From contig BFEA01000015.1 of NCBI GenBank assembly GCA_003427395.1, positions 3,487,459-3,551,458 on the forward strand: 64,000 nt of DNA, read 5' to 3'. Shown one piece after another: positions 49,069 to 60,463 of this stretch. The notes beneath the pieces are model-generated. The model had not been told where the DNA came from. It did not search any database and saw only the letters and a program-made list of their open reading frames with translations. A program made the translations under genes and the position numbers. Every line of letters starts with the position of its first letter. Within the stretch, counting starts at the first letter, position 1. The DNA comes from Chara braunii. Its lineage: Eukaryota > Plantae > Charophyceae.

Positions 49069-52000
49069 ATGGCGGCCGCAACGATGGCGTTGTATTCGAC
49101 TTCCCCGCCTGGCGTGATTCAGGGCCACTCGGGTATGATGAACATGCGAACGAGCATTCCTGGGGGATCCGACGTGGACGGTAGTATGCGGAAACCAGCC
49201 ACTAGCAATCATGCGCCACCTCAGTGCTCTAAAGCTACTGCCACGTCAGCCGCCGCTATCAGTGGCGGCTTGTCACACATGTTCTCTCTCCCCTCATCGA
49301 CGTCCAAGCTGCAGCACCTTTCCTCCCAGTGTGCGATGGCAAGTGGCGTGTGCGCGACGTCGTCCGACCAAGCGTGCGACCTCGGGTCATCGTCTTCCTC
49401 CGACATCTCGGGTCACGGACATGGAGGAGGAGGAGGAGGAGGAGGTGGAGGTGGTATTGGGATGATGAGCGGTGGCAGCACCATGGGGGTTGCCGGGTGT
49501 TGCGTTGGAAGGGATTTCGTCGGCGATGGATGCCGTGGCTCGGCGGCGGCGGCGGCTCCTTGCGCCTCCTCCGCTTCGTCGCCTTTCTCCTCCCCGATGG
49601 CTTTCGCAAGGGAGCGGAGCCCTGTCTCCGTCCTCCTTGGTGTGGGCGGAAGCTGCAGCAGCAGCGCTAGCAGGATTGGCAGCTACTCATCTGCGGCGAG
49701 CTCGTTCGGCAGTCCGTCTTCCTCGTTGTCGGCGCTACATATTCATACCGCCTCCGCGGGAGGCCCGGGGGGAGGGGGGTTTGGATCCCTTCCTTCTTCG
49801 TTCGATAACGGAGACCGTTTGTCGGACCGTTTAGCGTCGTCGCCGTGGAACTCCAGACGGAGCGGCCATGGAGGGGCTGCGCCGGACCGAAGGTTGACGC
49901 CGCCCTCTCGCGCCACGGCCTTTGGCTTTCCCGCCGTAAAGGATGGAGGGGGGGATAAGTGGCTACACTGCGCGCCGAGTGGGTCTTTGGGAGGAGTAGG
50001 GGGAGAGATGGTGGACATTCACATGAACGTTCATAGCCTGAGATTGTCTTCTTCTTCGTCGAGCTTCTGCTGCAGCGATGGTGGCGGCGGAAGCTGCAGC
50101 AGCGGGTTTTCTTCGGCGGCGGCGGCGGCGGAAGCGTCGCCTCCGTTCTTCTCCTGCGCGTACGGAGGAGATCCCGCCGATCCATCATCGGCAACCCCGG
50201 CGCGCAGTGTGGCCGCGTCTGCGGTCCCGAGGTGGGGAGGCAGGGGAGTCGCGACTGCGGCTGTGACTGTCCCGACGCCATCGCCGCTCCTCCGTCGGGA
50301 CGACGCAGATGCGGCTGCGGTCGCGACGCTCGAGCCGTCGGAAGTCGGGGTCGGAGTCGGAGTCGGATTCGCTGGTGGGTGCTCCTCCCCCAGATCGATC
50401 CGGCTCGATGACGTGTTGGGCTGGAATTCTGCCACGTCATCGTGCTCCTCCGCCGCCACCGTGGAAAGAAGGGAGTCGAGATATCACCGGGGAGAGTGCT
50501 TAACTCCGGCCAGCAACGGAAATGCGACGGAACCAAGGAGAGTAGGTGTAGCAGGACGGGGTCCAAGAGTAGGAGCAGGCGGCGCTGGTTATCTTCCACG
50601 TTCCTCCTCCCCCTCCTCCCCCCCCTCCTCCTCCCCTCCTCTCCTCGACATGCGTACTCGGTCCGTGGAAGTTGCTCCTCCTCCCGCACCGACCGGTCGC
50701 AGTGGGCGCGTCTTGAAGGAGGATGACACGTCATCGCAGCTGAATCGAGTGGTTGTACGGAGGCTTCTCCTCCGAGCGCAGTCCCGACACAAGCTTTTCT
50801 ACGATCCCCTCGTTAAGAGGGCCTTCAACGTCGCGGCAACTGCGCACGAGGGACAGGTAAGGACGTTGCTAGTTGATTTTTTTTTTTTTTTTTTTTTTTT
50901 GGTCAATTGATTGATGTCTTGCTTTCAACGTGGCATAGGAAAGGTAAGGACGTTGCTAGTTTTTTTTTTTTTTTTTTTTGTTGGTCAATTGATTGATCTC
51001 TTGCTTTATTTCAACGTGGCAGAAGAAAACATTCTTTCTCATCATGAGAAATAATGAGCGAAATGAAGAAGGGAATGGGAGAAAAAAAGAAAGAAAGAGC
51101 GAAAGAAGAAGAAGGGGGTGAAAGAAGGGAGGGAAATTACCAAAATTTTTAATTAATTATTGCAGCGTAAAAGGGAATGAAATGAAAGGAAAATGAAGAA
51201 GGGGGTGAAAGAAGGGAGGGAAATTACCAAAAATTTTAATTAATTATTGCAGCGTAAAAGGGAATGAAATGAAAGGAAAATGATTTATGAGCGCAAAAGA
51301 TAATGAAAGCAAGGTTATTGCAGCGTAGAAGGGAATGAAATGAAAGGAAAATGATTTATGAGCGCAAAAGATAATGAAAGCAAAGAGAAATAAATCTCTA
51401 CAGCAGTGGGAAAAAAAAGGCCATCGAAATATTAAAAATTACTGATTAGTGGAAAAGGGAATGAAAATAAAGAAGAATCACTCGTGTGTGTTAATCAGCG
51501 AAATTACCAATCAGCGGAAAAAACCTGAAATTAATGAAAATGACGGATTAATAATAAAGAAGGGAACGGAGTAAAGGACAATTAAAAAAAAAAAAAAAAA
51601 AAAGGACAATTATTAAAATCGGCGAAAAAGGCTGTGAAATCAAGGAACCGCGAAGAAATTATTAATTAAGGAGTTGTTAAAGGAAAAAAAAATGGAAACT
51701 TCGTATTATGGAAGACATAAAGGAATTGGAAAAGAGAAGTGACTTCTTATTCTGCACCTCTCGACAAAGACGTCCAGATTCAGGCGTTAAGAAGTGACTT
51801 CTTATTCTGCACCTCTCCACAAAGACGTCCAGATTCAGGCGTTAAGTTTCATCCCGTTAGCTGGTGGGACCTCGGCCGCCCAGGAAATCGACACTTCCCT
51901 GCTTTTGCCTTCACCTACCTACCTCTGCACCTCTCCACAAACACGTCCAGATTCAGGTGTTACGTTTCAAGCGACACTTCCCTGCTTGCCGCCACTTACC

Positions 52001-54751
52001 TACCTCTGCACCTCTCCACAAACACGTCCAGATTCAGGCGTGAAGTTTCGTCCCCTTTGCTACCGTCTTAACCCGAAAACAACGTACGTACGTTGTATAC
52101 GAATACAACGTACCAGGTACGTTGTATTCGAATACAACGTACGTACGTTGTACAACGAATATTGGGGTACAACTTTTCCAGGGCAAAGATACGAAAAATT
52201 TAAAAAATTAGTAAAAGAAAAAATATGAAAAATAAGAAAAATGAAAGAGGGGGAGCATGGTATCTGGCTGTGTCGGGAGGTCCCCGGTATCTGGGTTGCT
52301 GTCTGTCGGGGCGAGGTCTGTCTGTCGGGGCAACACTCAGTCCACATACAGAAGTAAGTGGAGATGTTATTTTTCCGTTGTAGCAGGCTTTTTTTTTTTC
52401 GAGGGTACGTTTTATTCGAGGGTACGTTGTATTCGCGGGTACGTTCTATTCGAAAAACACGGCGCGATTTCTCAGAGGCCATTTTTCAGAGGTAAGTTGA
52501 ATACAACGTACGTACGTTGTTTTCGGGTTAAGACGGTAGTGGGACCTCGACCCAGGAAAAACGACATTTCCCTGCTTGCAGTCACCTACCTACCTCTGCA
52601 CCTCTCCACAAACACGTCCAGATTCAGGAGTTACGTTTCATCCCCTTTGCTACCGGTAGTGGGACCTCGGCCCTGGAAAAGCGACACTTCCCTGCTTGCC
52701 GCCACCTACCTACCTCTGCACCTCTCCACAAACACGTCCAGATTCAGGAGTTACGTTTCATCCCCTTTGCTACCGGTAGTGGGGCCTCGGCCGTGGAAAA
52801 GCGACACTCCCCTGCTTGCCGCCACCTACCTACCGACGGGAGCGCGGGGCGCACCAGGGCCCAAATTTGTAAATCGAGTGTATGCACCTTTCGCTAAAAG
52901 GCGGAATTATACATTACTCTTTTTTTGTCCTTTCTTTTTTTCACTCAGTAGGGGGGGCGAAGTTCAACACAAGGGGCCTCGCTGCACTACTCTCGAAATG
53001 TGCAAAACGAGAGTGAATCTTCGTCTAGAATATGGAAAGATACACTGCCATGATTTTTGTCTGTTGTGCATTTCGAGAGTAGTGCAGCGAGGCCCAAGGT
53101 CTTGGACTGTTCGTCCCCAAAGAGTCGCGATCGGAGCGATCGTACACTGTCGTCTTCCCGGCGAATAGAGCACACGGTTATTTTTTTGTATTTGGCGCAT
53201 CTTTCTGTCTAGATACGGCGAGAATCACCGTGGGTTCTATTCGGGGGATTACGGTAGGAGTGGCGGCGATAGGAGCCCCATCTTGCGAACAGGAGGGAGA
53301 TAGCTCCTTCCCAAAAGCGGGTTGCCGTTTTTTTTTCTTTTTTTCTTTTTTTCTTTTTTAAATGACCCTTCGATGGAGCGGGAAAAAAAATAAAAAAAAT
53401 TGTTCAGCTTTTTTTTTTTATATTGTTCAGTGTGCTCAGCCCACGGTATTCTTTAGTAAAAGGTGAAAGACTACCGTCTTTGTTTTCACCCGAATAAAAC
53501 GCCCAGGCCAAATACAGCCATAATGACCGGGCGTTCTGTTCGTCGTATGAGCTGGCCACGCAGCTGAATAGGTTGCCGTTTTTTGAAGCGGCGTTTGATC
53601 TTCTGTTTTTTTTTTGTTTTTTTTTTTTTGGCTCCGTTTTGAACTGGTCGTTGAGGAGGTCTGGAGTTTTCGAAAGGGTGGAACACAGCGGACCTGCATC
53701 ATGAGTGTATCGCACCAGAAAGACGTATCGGACCAGAAAGATGTATCGGACTAGAAAGATAGGTTGTGTACATGGGTTCATGATCAGGGTGCGTTTTATT
53801 CGGGGGAAGACAGGCGGGTGGGGCCGGGCGGGTAAAAGCGTATGAAGTGAAGAGGAGATCCTCGTCGCGCGCATGGCTCATGGCTGAGTTTTCGTCTAGA
53901 GTTGTCTTCCTTTTCCCCCGAATACAACACACGGTCATTATAGCTGTATCTGGGCTAAATGACAGTCTAAATACATACAACTATAATGACCGTGCGTTGT
54001 ATTCGGGCGACGAAGGAAGTTGCAGCAACAAGTCCTATTGCCTGTTGATGTAGCACTGAAAAAAAAAAAAAAAAAAAAAAAAAAAACACGGAGAGACATG
54101 GTAAAGTGGGTGGGTGTGGAGAGTGGGTTCTATGGCTGTGACAGACTACCGTCTTCACACGAATAGAACGCCCGGTCTTTTTTTTTCCCCTTCTTCCTCC
54201 TTTTGTTAATGCCCGGTTATTATGGCTGTATTTGGCGCAACTTTCGGTGCAGATGCAGCAATAATGACCGGGCTGAAGACGGTAGTTTCTCAGACATACT
54301 GCCATTCTCGTCTCGGGTTCGGACCAACACTGCTACGATTTGAGGGTCGGTGTGAGTAAAGTCGACCTTTTTTTATTTTTATTTTTTTTATTTGTTCTTT
54401 TAAGAAGTTGGTCACCTTCCTTACAAATCGACCTTTTTTTTCTCTCAAGGGGATCATCGCTAACTCTCAGGCTGGCGGACGTGTTGACTTCTCAGCCATC
54501 GCTCAAGTCCATCCTATCCATCGAATCTATCTTTTCGAGAAGGATAATCGACTCCACAAACATCGATTAAAACTCGACTCGAAATCTTGTGTTCCTAATC
54601 CATCCTGTCGATCAGTCAAATCCATCCTCAGGCTGGGCAGACTCTCGAGGTTCAACCTCTTGAGAAGTCGGTGAAATTTCCAACGAAACAGTCTTCTGGC
54701 ACAGTCATGCTTTTTTTGTAGAGTTGTATAGAGGGAATATGGCAACACTCG

Positions 54752-54782
<31 letters not shown>

Positions 54783-56570
54783 GTTTGGTGAAGAGTATGT
54801 GGCAGTGAGGATGAGGAAGGAGATAGGTGGGATTGGGTGTGTTCGGGTTGGAAGTAATGGTGGCATCGTGGTCTGCATTGTAAGGAGAAAGGTGATTGAT
54901 TGGTTGTGTGGTTTTTGGAGTGATGTGGAGATGCCTGATTAGGAATGTGGCGTGACTGCGTTTTGCGTGACTGCGTTTTGCTTATTGTTTTGCCGTCGAT
55001 GTCTTTTATTGACCTGCCACAGATGCGTCTGAACGGCGATCCCTACTTATCTCACTGCGTCGAGACAGCTATCGTCCTCGCAGAGACGTGCAACGACAAG
55101 GTTCTCGTTGCCGCTGGCCTCCTCCATGACACGCTCGACGATTCAATGATGAATGAACGCCAGCTGCAGGAGATGTTCGGATCGGATATCACCAACCTGG
55201 TCACAGGGGTAAGTTTTTTTTTTTTCTTTTCTTTTTCTTTTCGTTTTTCAATAACAAAGTCTTTATATTGCAGAAAAGAACTGCGGCCGGCCGGGTCCCT
55301 CACAGTCTACCCGGAAACCATGGCCGTAATTGCAGTCAGATACGTGCCGTAAATTGCCAGTGGGAGTTCTCACCCCCCTTCCTTAGTCGCGTCGCAACAG
55401 TGAATTCTCTGAGTCGCTCGCTTTCCATTGTAATAGTGTCGTCCTGCTGTAAGTGGTTGCGTGAGGTTTCAAAAATGAGTCATATTAATCTAGACGTGAT
55501 TACGGTCAGATGCGTGCAGGTTGCGTGGTGTGGGTGTCTTCTTTTTTCTGCAGGTTTCGAAAATGAGTCATATCAATCTAGACGTGATTACGGTCAGATG
55601 CGTGCAGGTTGCGTGGTGTGGGTGTCTTCTTTGTTCTGCAGGTTTCGAAAATGAGTCGTATCAATCTAGACATGATTACGGTCAGATGCGTGCAGGTTGC
55701 GTGGTGTGGGTGTCTTCTTTTTTCTGCAGGTTTCGAAAATGAGTCGTATTAATCTAGACGTGATTACGGTCAGATGCGTGCAGGTCGGGCCGTAATTGCA
55801 GTCAGATACGTGTAGTAAATTGCCAGTGGGAGTTCTCACCCCCCTTCCTTAGTCGCAACAGTGAATTCTCTGAGTCGCTCGCTTTCCATTATAACAGTTT
55901 CGTCCTGCGTGTACACTGTACAGTGATGAAATGAATGGATGGATGGTTTGGTTGTTGAAGTGTCTCTTGCTGTACCGACGTCCGACGTGGCAATGCCTGT
56001 GTGCTTTTGTTGGGTGTTTTGGGTGTTCCTTTTTTTTTCTGCAGGTTTCCAAAATGAGTCATATCAGTCAGCTGGCGCGAGAGCGACAGGCTCCGCTGGG
56101 TGCGCGGGAGGCGGAGAGACTGAGGAACATGTTCCTGGCTATGGCTGACTACAGGGTGGTGTTGATCAAATTAGCGGACAGGCTGCACAACATGCGGACG
56201 CTGGAAGTTCTTCCGCCGGCCAAGCGGCAGAGGCTTTCGGAAGAGACGTTGGATATCTTTGCGCCCTTGGCGAATCGCTTGGGCGTCTGGAGCTGGAAGG
56301 CGGAGCTGGAAGATCTCTGCTTCATGTATCTGCAGCCGGAAACGTATAGGGAACTGGTAGCCAAGCTGAGAGATTCGCACAGAGGAGATTCTTTGATGAC
56401 TGCAATGCGGCAGATGGATGAAGGACTCCGTGAATCTGGGGTAGCGTACGAGGATCTCTGTGGGCGGCCCAAGAACTTGTTCAGCATTTGGACGAAGATG
56501 AAAAAGTGAGTCCCATAGACAGACATTGCCGTCCGTTTCAGTCGGGTCCATCCGTCTCTCTGTCCCTCTG

Positions 56571-56612
<42 letters not shown>

Positions 56613-59600
56613 TGTGTGTGTGTGTGTGNNNNNNNNNNNNNNNNNNNNNNNNNNNNNNNNNNNNNNNNNNNNNNNNNNNNNNNNNNNNNNNNNNNNNNNN
56701 NNNNNNNNNNNNNNNNNNNNNNNNNNNNNNNNNGGGGGGGGGGGGAGAGATGCGTTAAAAGTTGTCCGAACTGTTCTAATTTAGGTAGTAGAAGCCGATG
56801 CTGTCCTAATTTGGGTAGTAGAAGCCCATGCTGTCCTAATTTGGGTAGTAGAAGCCCATGCTGTCCTAATTTGGTAGATCTCTAGTAGGAGTCCACAATA
56901 TATTTTATTTTTCTTTTTTTGGTAGATCTCTAGTAGGAGTCCACAATATATCTTCTTTTTTTTTTTTTTTTTTTTCCGAGTTCACAATATCCTAAATAGT
57001 AGGAGTCCATAACATCCTAAGTTGACAGTAACTGACTGTGCTTGTGTGTTTTGTACGTTTTGGTGGTTTGTCTGTTGTGTCATGGTGGTCCACATCCTGG
57101 GATTTGGCAGCAAGGGGAGGGGCATAGATGAAATATTTGATGTCCGGGGCCTGCGATTGATCGTTCATAACGAATCTGACTGCTATGCTGCACTGGAAGT
57201 GGTTCGCGGTCTGTGGAAGGAAGTACCTGGGAGATCCAAGGACTACATCAAGAACCCGAAGGGCAACGGGTGAGTGTGTGCACTGTGCAAGATGGTTCGC
57301 CTTTCCTCTCGTTTTGCAGCATTTGTCTATCGTGGTGGGCAGATCGAGGCTAAGGTTATTTGTTTTGTGTCTGTGGGAGGGCGTTTCTATTTGACTGTTC
57401 CTCTCGTTTTGCAGCATTTGTCTACCGCGACGGGCAGATCGCGGCTAATAAGGTTATTTGTGTCTGTGGGAGGGCGTTTCTATTTGACTCTGCTCTCTGC
57501 TGACCGAGCATAGCCTCCCAACTCTTGTATTGACTTGTGTGCGATCCTGTTTTGTTGGTTCCTTGTGATCGATTTGACCACGGGTGCAGCTACCAGTCTT
57601 TGCACACGATCGTGTCAATAGAAGACGGCCGGCCTCTGGAGTTGCAGATTCGGACAGTGGATATGCATCAGCGCGCCGAGTTTGGAATGGCTGCTCACTG
57701 GCGGTACAAGGAGGAGGTAGGGGATAATTATCCTCTTCACGTGGCTCAGAAAGTACAATGGGCAAGGTGCTTGCTGACGTGGAAGAATGAGATGGACAGG
57801 AAGCTGCGATTGGCACCACATGAAGGCGGTAGCGTGCGAAAACCGTGCCCCTTCCCTGAGCATCTGAGCGAGTGCCCGTATGGAAAGCTGGGTGCTCCTG
57901 GTAGCGATGCAGAGAACAATGATGACCCACTCTTCATCATTATGCTGGAGGGAGATCTGGTGAGTGGGCCAGGTCGTTCGAGAGGGGCCTCTTGCTTGTG
58001 ACCTATTTTGACTGTCGTTGCTACAGTCTTCAAACCGAATAGAACATGTCTAGTCGTTATAGCTGTTCTTTTGGGACAACTCCTGTGGGGGGGTGGGGGG
58101 GTGGGGGGGGGTTAGGGAGGTGCTTGCTCCCCGAATTCGGTTTGCTCCTCTCTTGGAGTCCGCTTACTCTGTATAGCGGTGAGCGCAATGCTTAGAGAAT
58201 GACAGGGCATTCTATTTGTGTGAAGGCGGTAGCTCAATCTGGGCGACACAACCTTAACCTTTTGAAAAAGGAAGCGAAGAAATGGAAAGAACAGAAAAGG
58301 AAGATGAAATTGATTCCTGGACGGGGAAGGGGGTGAATGGTGCAGAATTTACGACAGATATATTAAAATCGCAAGTCAACCATCAAACAAAATATAAGGT
58401 ACAGCCGAATTAAAAAAAAAAAAAAACATCTTGTCCTACGGGACCGGTTAAAATTGGAACGATACAGAAAACGAAGATTAGCATGGCCCCTAAGCGAAAA
58501 GGATGACACACATAAATCGAGAAATGGTCCCAAGAAAAAGAAAAAAGAAAAAAGAAAAAATCTCATTTAGAAGTTGATTATCTTGATCACAACGTCCACG
58601 AACGAATGAGATGCTTTTTACTGTGGATGAAATTCAGCCAGATGCTTTTTACTGTGAATGAAATTCAGCCAGATGCTTTTTACTGTGGATGAAATTCAGC
58701 CAGATGTGACACGGACCTGAACGAGAAGAAAAGGAAAATATGAGCCAGGCGTGAACTAGACCCGGATGCCATCTGAACTGTGCACTGGATCTCTAAAACA
58801 CATGCATGCGGCGCATACCGAAGTAAACATACGCCTGAAGAAACCCGAAAAACACATACCCACATACCAAAACCATACGCCCTAAAGCCTATCCAAAAGA
58901 TATCTAAACCCTAAACCTGAAGCTTTCCCCCCTCAGCACAGGTGCAGTTCTCCATGGTGCGATCTGTAGTAACCGAGAAATCACCCCGTCCTTGTTCGTG
59001 GGTTGATTTCACGAAATCAACCCCTCCTTGTCCGGACGAGGAGGGGTTGATTTCACGGTTACTATAGATCGGACCAGATCCGGATTTAGATCGCACCAGA
59101 TCCGGATTTTGCGGCGGTTTGCACAAGGAACCCGGATTCACAGAAGTTTAAAGTCGAATCCCGCTCGTCTCACCAATCTCTCCCTCCCTACGCCCTTCCC
59201 TTCCTTCCCAGATAGCAGAAGTAACCCAGCACTGTAGCGGTCCATCTGCCCAGATACGTGGTTATCGATGCGTTTACACGACTGGGCAAGTGGCTGATGT
59301 CTGGACGATGGGTGTATCTGTGACCTGATAGCTTATAAAGGTATAGAGCGGACAATTATTGTGTGTAGGAGTTGTAGCGGCGCGTGCACTTGCGAGGAGG
59401 AAACACGTGTACTTCAACCACCAACCGCCACCACGTGTGCTTGGAACCACCAACCGCCAGCCTCTGCCACGAGGGCAGGTCTGCTATGGCCTGGCTGCGC
59501 TGAAATCCGCTGAAACTAACAGGTCTGTGACAGCTCTTGCAGAACCTCCTGAAATCCGGCCTCCTGAGAAATTCTTTTCTTTTCATTTTTTATTTTTTTT

Positions 59601-60463
59601 TTATTTTTTTTTTCTCTCTCTTGAAGTAGAAGAGGCAACATGCCTATGAACGCCTGTGGCTCCACAAGCCAGGTGTTCATATGAGTGCAAAGTTGCAAAC
59701 CAAGAATGTATTTTCTTTCCTTTTCTTTTTTCTTTTCTTTTCTTGTCTGTTGAAGGATCCTGACACCTCTACATTCAAATCGCGAAGTGGTAAAGGAGTG
59801 ATAGGGGATGCTCTCACGGTTTGCACTCATGCTGGAAAATCAAATGAGCTATTGTTGCCCTTTTCTCTCCTCGCAAGATTTCCGTTCCCTCGCAGAGAGC
59901 CACCTGGCTGATGGCCTGAAAAAAAGGCTGCAGTTTACGCTGGAGAAGAAATGCAAGTTAAAAAAGTAAGAACAGAAGTAGGGGTCCTTTTCTGCCCTGT
60001 CTTGTTGACTGTCCTCTGTCCATTTCTGCGCTGTCTAGTTCTGTCGCTGATCCGAGCTGCATGCGTTTGAAATTTGCATTGCTGGAACTTCCTTCAGATG
60101 CAAGTCCAGGAGCTTCCAGGCGGTTCTACTGCGTCGGACTTGGTGAGCGAACGTGTTCTGGGTATGTCGTCAGTCATGGATACGCCCCCGGGAGTGATCC
60201 GACCGCTAGTCAATCACTATCTTGTGGAGGATTTGTCGCAGAAGCTTCACACCGGTGACCTGGTCGAGTTTGTCGCGGAGCCAGAACTAGAGCCCACATT
60301 GTCACCGATTCTACCTCTTCACGGGATCGCTCAGAGAGGTGCAGAGTCTGCCAAGGCTGCGGAGTTGGCGGTGGAATTTGAGCGGCAACGTCTCTCACGG
60401 TGGTTTAGAGTTGCGAACGGGCCACATCAGGTTGAGGGAAGGAGGAAAGGACGTTCGGGATGA
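49069..60463 (+). CDS. RSH: RelA/SpoT homolog, (p)ppGpp synthetase/hydrolase, RSH2/RSH3 type; join(49069..50856,55023..55208,56045..56505,57111..57269,57590..57959,60098..60463), ~1109 aa
   Basis: All five introns are GT-AG with compatible phases (0,0,2,2,0). Recognisable motifs: N-terminal [14 protein letters not shown] (like plant RSH2/3), AHEGQ|[20 protein letters not shown] (HD hydrolase), [80 protein letters not shown] and a TGS-like C-terminus. The first ATG is 49069; the ORF track starts at an upstream TTG. Confidence 0.93.
51735..52835. repeat. ~120-bp tandem repeat in RSH intron 1, interrupted by a MITE
   Basis: Repeated ctgcacctctccacaaacacgtccagattcagg units. Confidence 0.9.
52063..52536. 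mobile_element. Tc1/mariner-like MITE with perfect TIRs
   Basis: TA TSD. TIR ccgtcttaacccgaaaacaacgtacgtacgttgtat is exact at both ends. Confidence 0.92.
52974..53095. mobile_element. PIF/Harbinger-like MITE, copy 2 (RSH intron 1)
   Basis: TIR GGGCCTCGCTGCACTACTCTCGAAATG is perfect at both ends. 3-bp TSD AAG. Confidence 0.85.
53147..54285. mobile_element. Cluster of about four degenerate Tc1/mariner-like MITEs (taccgtcttc...cgaata family)
   Basis: TIR pairs at about 53147-53257, 53471-53812, 53903-54015 and 54146-54285. Confidence 0.65.
54659..54745 (+). pseudogene. Degenerate copy of the hammerhead-bearing element
   Basis: gtcggtgaaatttccaacGAAAcagtcttctggcacagtcatgcttttttt matches 45494-45545. 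CTGATGA is mutated to ttgagaa. Followed by (CA)(GA)n. Confidence 0.65.
55214..55318 (-). mobile_element. Short retroposed 3' tail related to the LINE 3' end
   Basis: A T-rich tract followed by gaactg.ggcc...ctcacagtctacccgg, which is shared with 26243-26275. Confidence 0.55.
55466..55783 (+). repeat. 4 x 88-bp tandem repeat carrying the RSH exon-3 acceptor and first codons
   Basis: Units start GTTTCRAAAATGAGTCRTATYA at 55466, 55554, 55642 and 55730; three of them follow ttctgcag. Confidence 0.9.
56770..56875. repeat. 30-bp minisatellite in RSH intron 3
   Basis: (tgctgtcctaatttgggtagtagaagccca) x ~3. Confidence 0.85.
58433..58560 (+). pseudogene. U6: Processed U6 snRNA pseudogene with A-rich tail in RSH intron 5
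   Basis: Full-length match: aaaattggaacgatacaga...gaagattagcatggcccct...aaggatgacacacataaatcgagaaatggtcc. The ACAGAGA box is disrupted (acagaaaacga). (aagaaaa)n tail and A-rich target site. Confidence 0.9.
58608..58706. repeat. ~31-bp minisatellite in RSH intron 5
   Basis: (agatgctttttactgtggatgaaattcagcc) x 3. Confidence 0.85.

Noticed and set aside
49667-50734. 355-aa antisense ORF over RSH exon 1
   Set aside because: Shadow ORF of GC-rich coding sequence.
52257-53168. 303-aa ORF in RSH intron 1
   Set aside because: Built from MITE and tandem-repeat sequence; no protein motifs.
58224-58250. tRNA-like 5' end ggcggtagctcaatctgg
   Set aside because: No B-box or cloverleaf follows.
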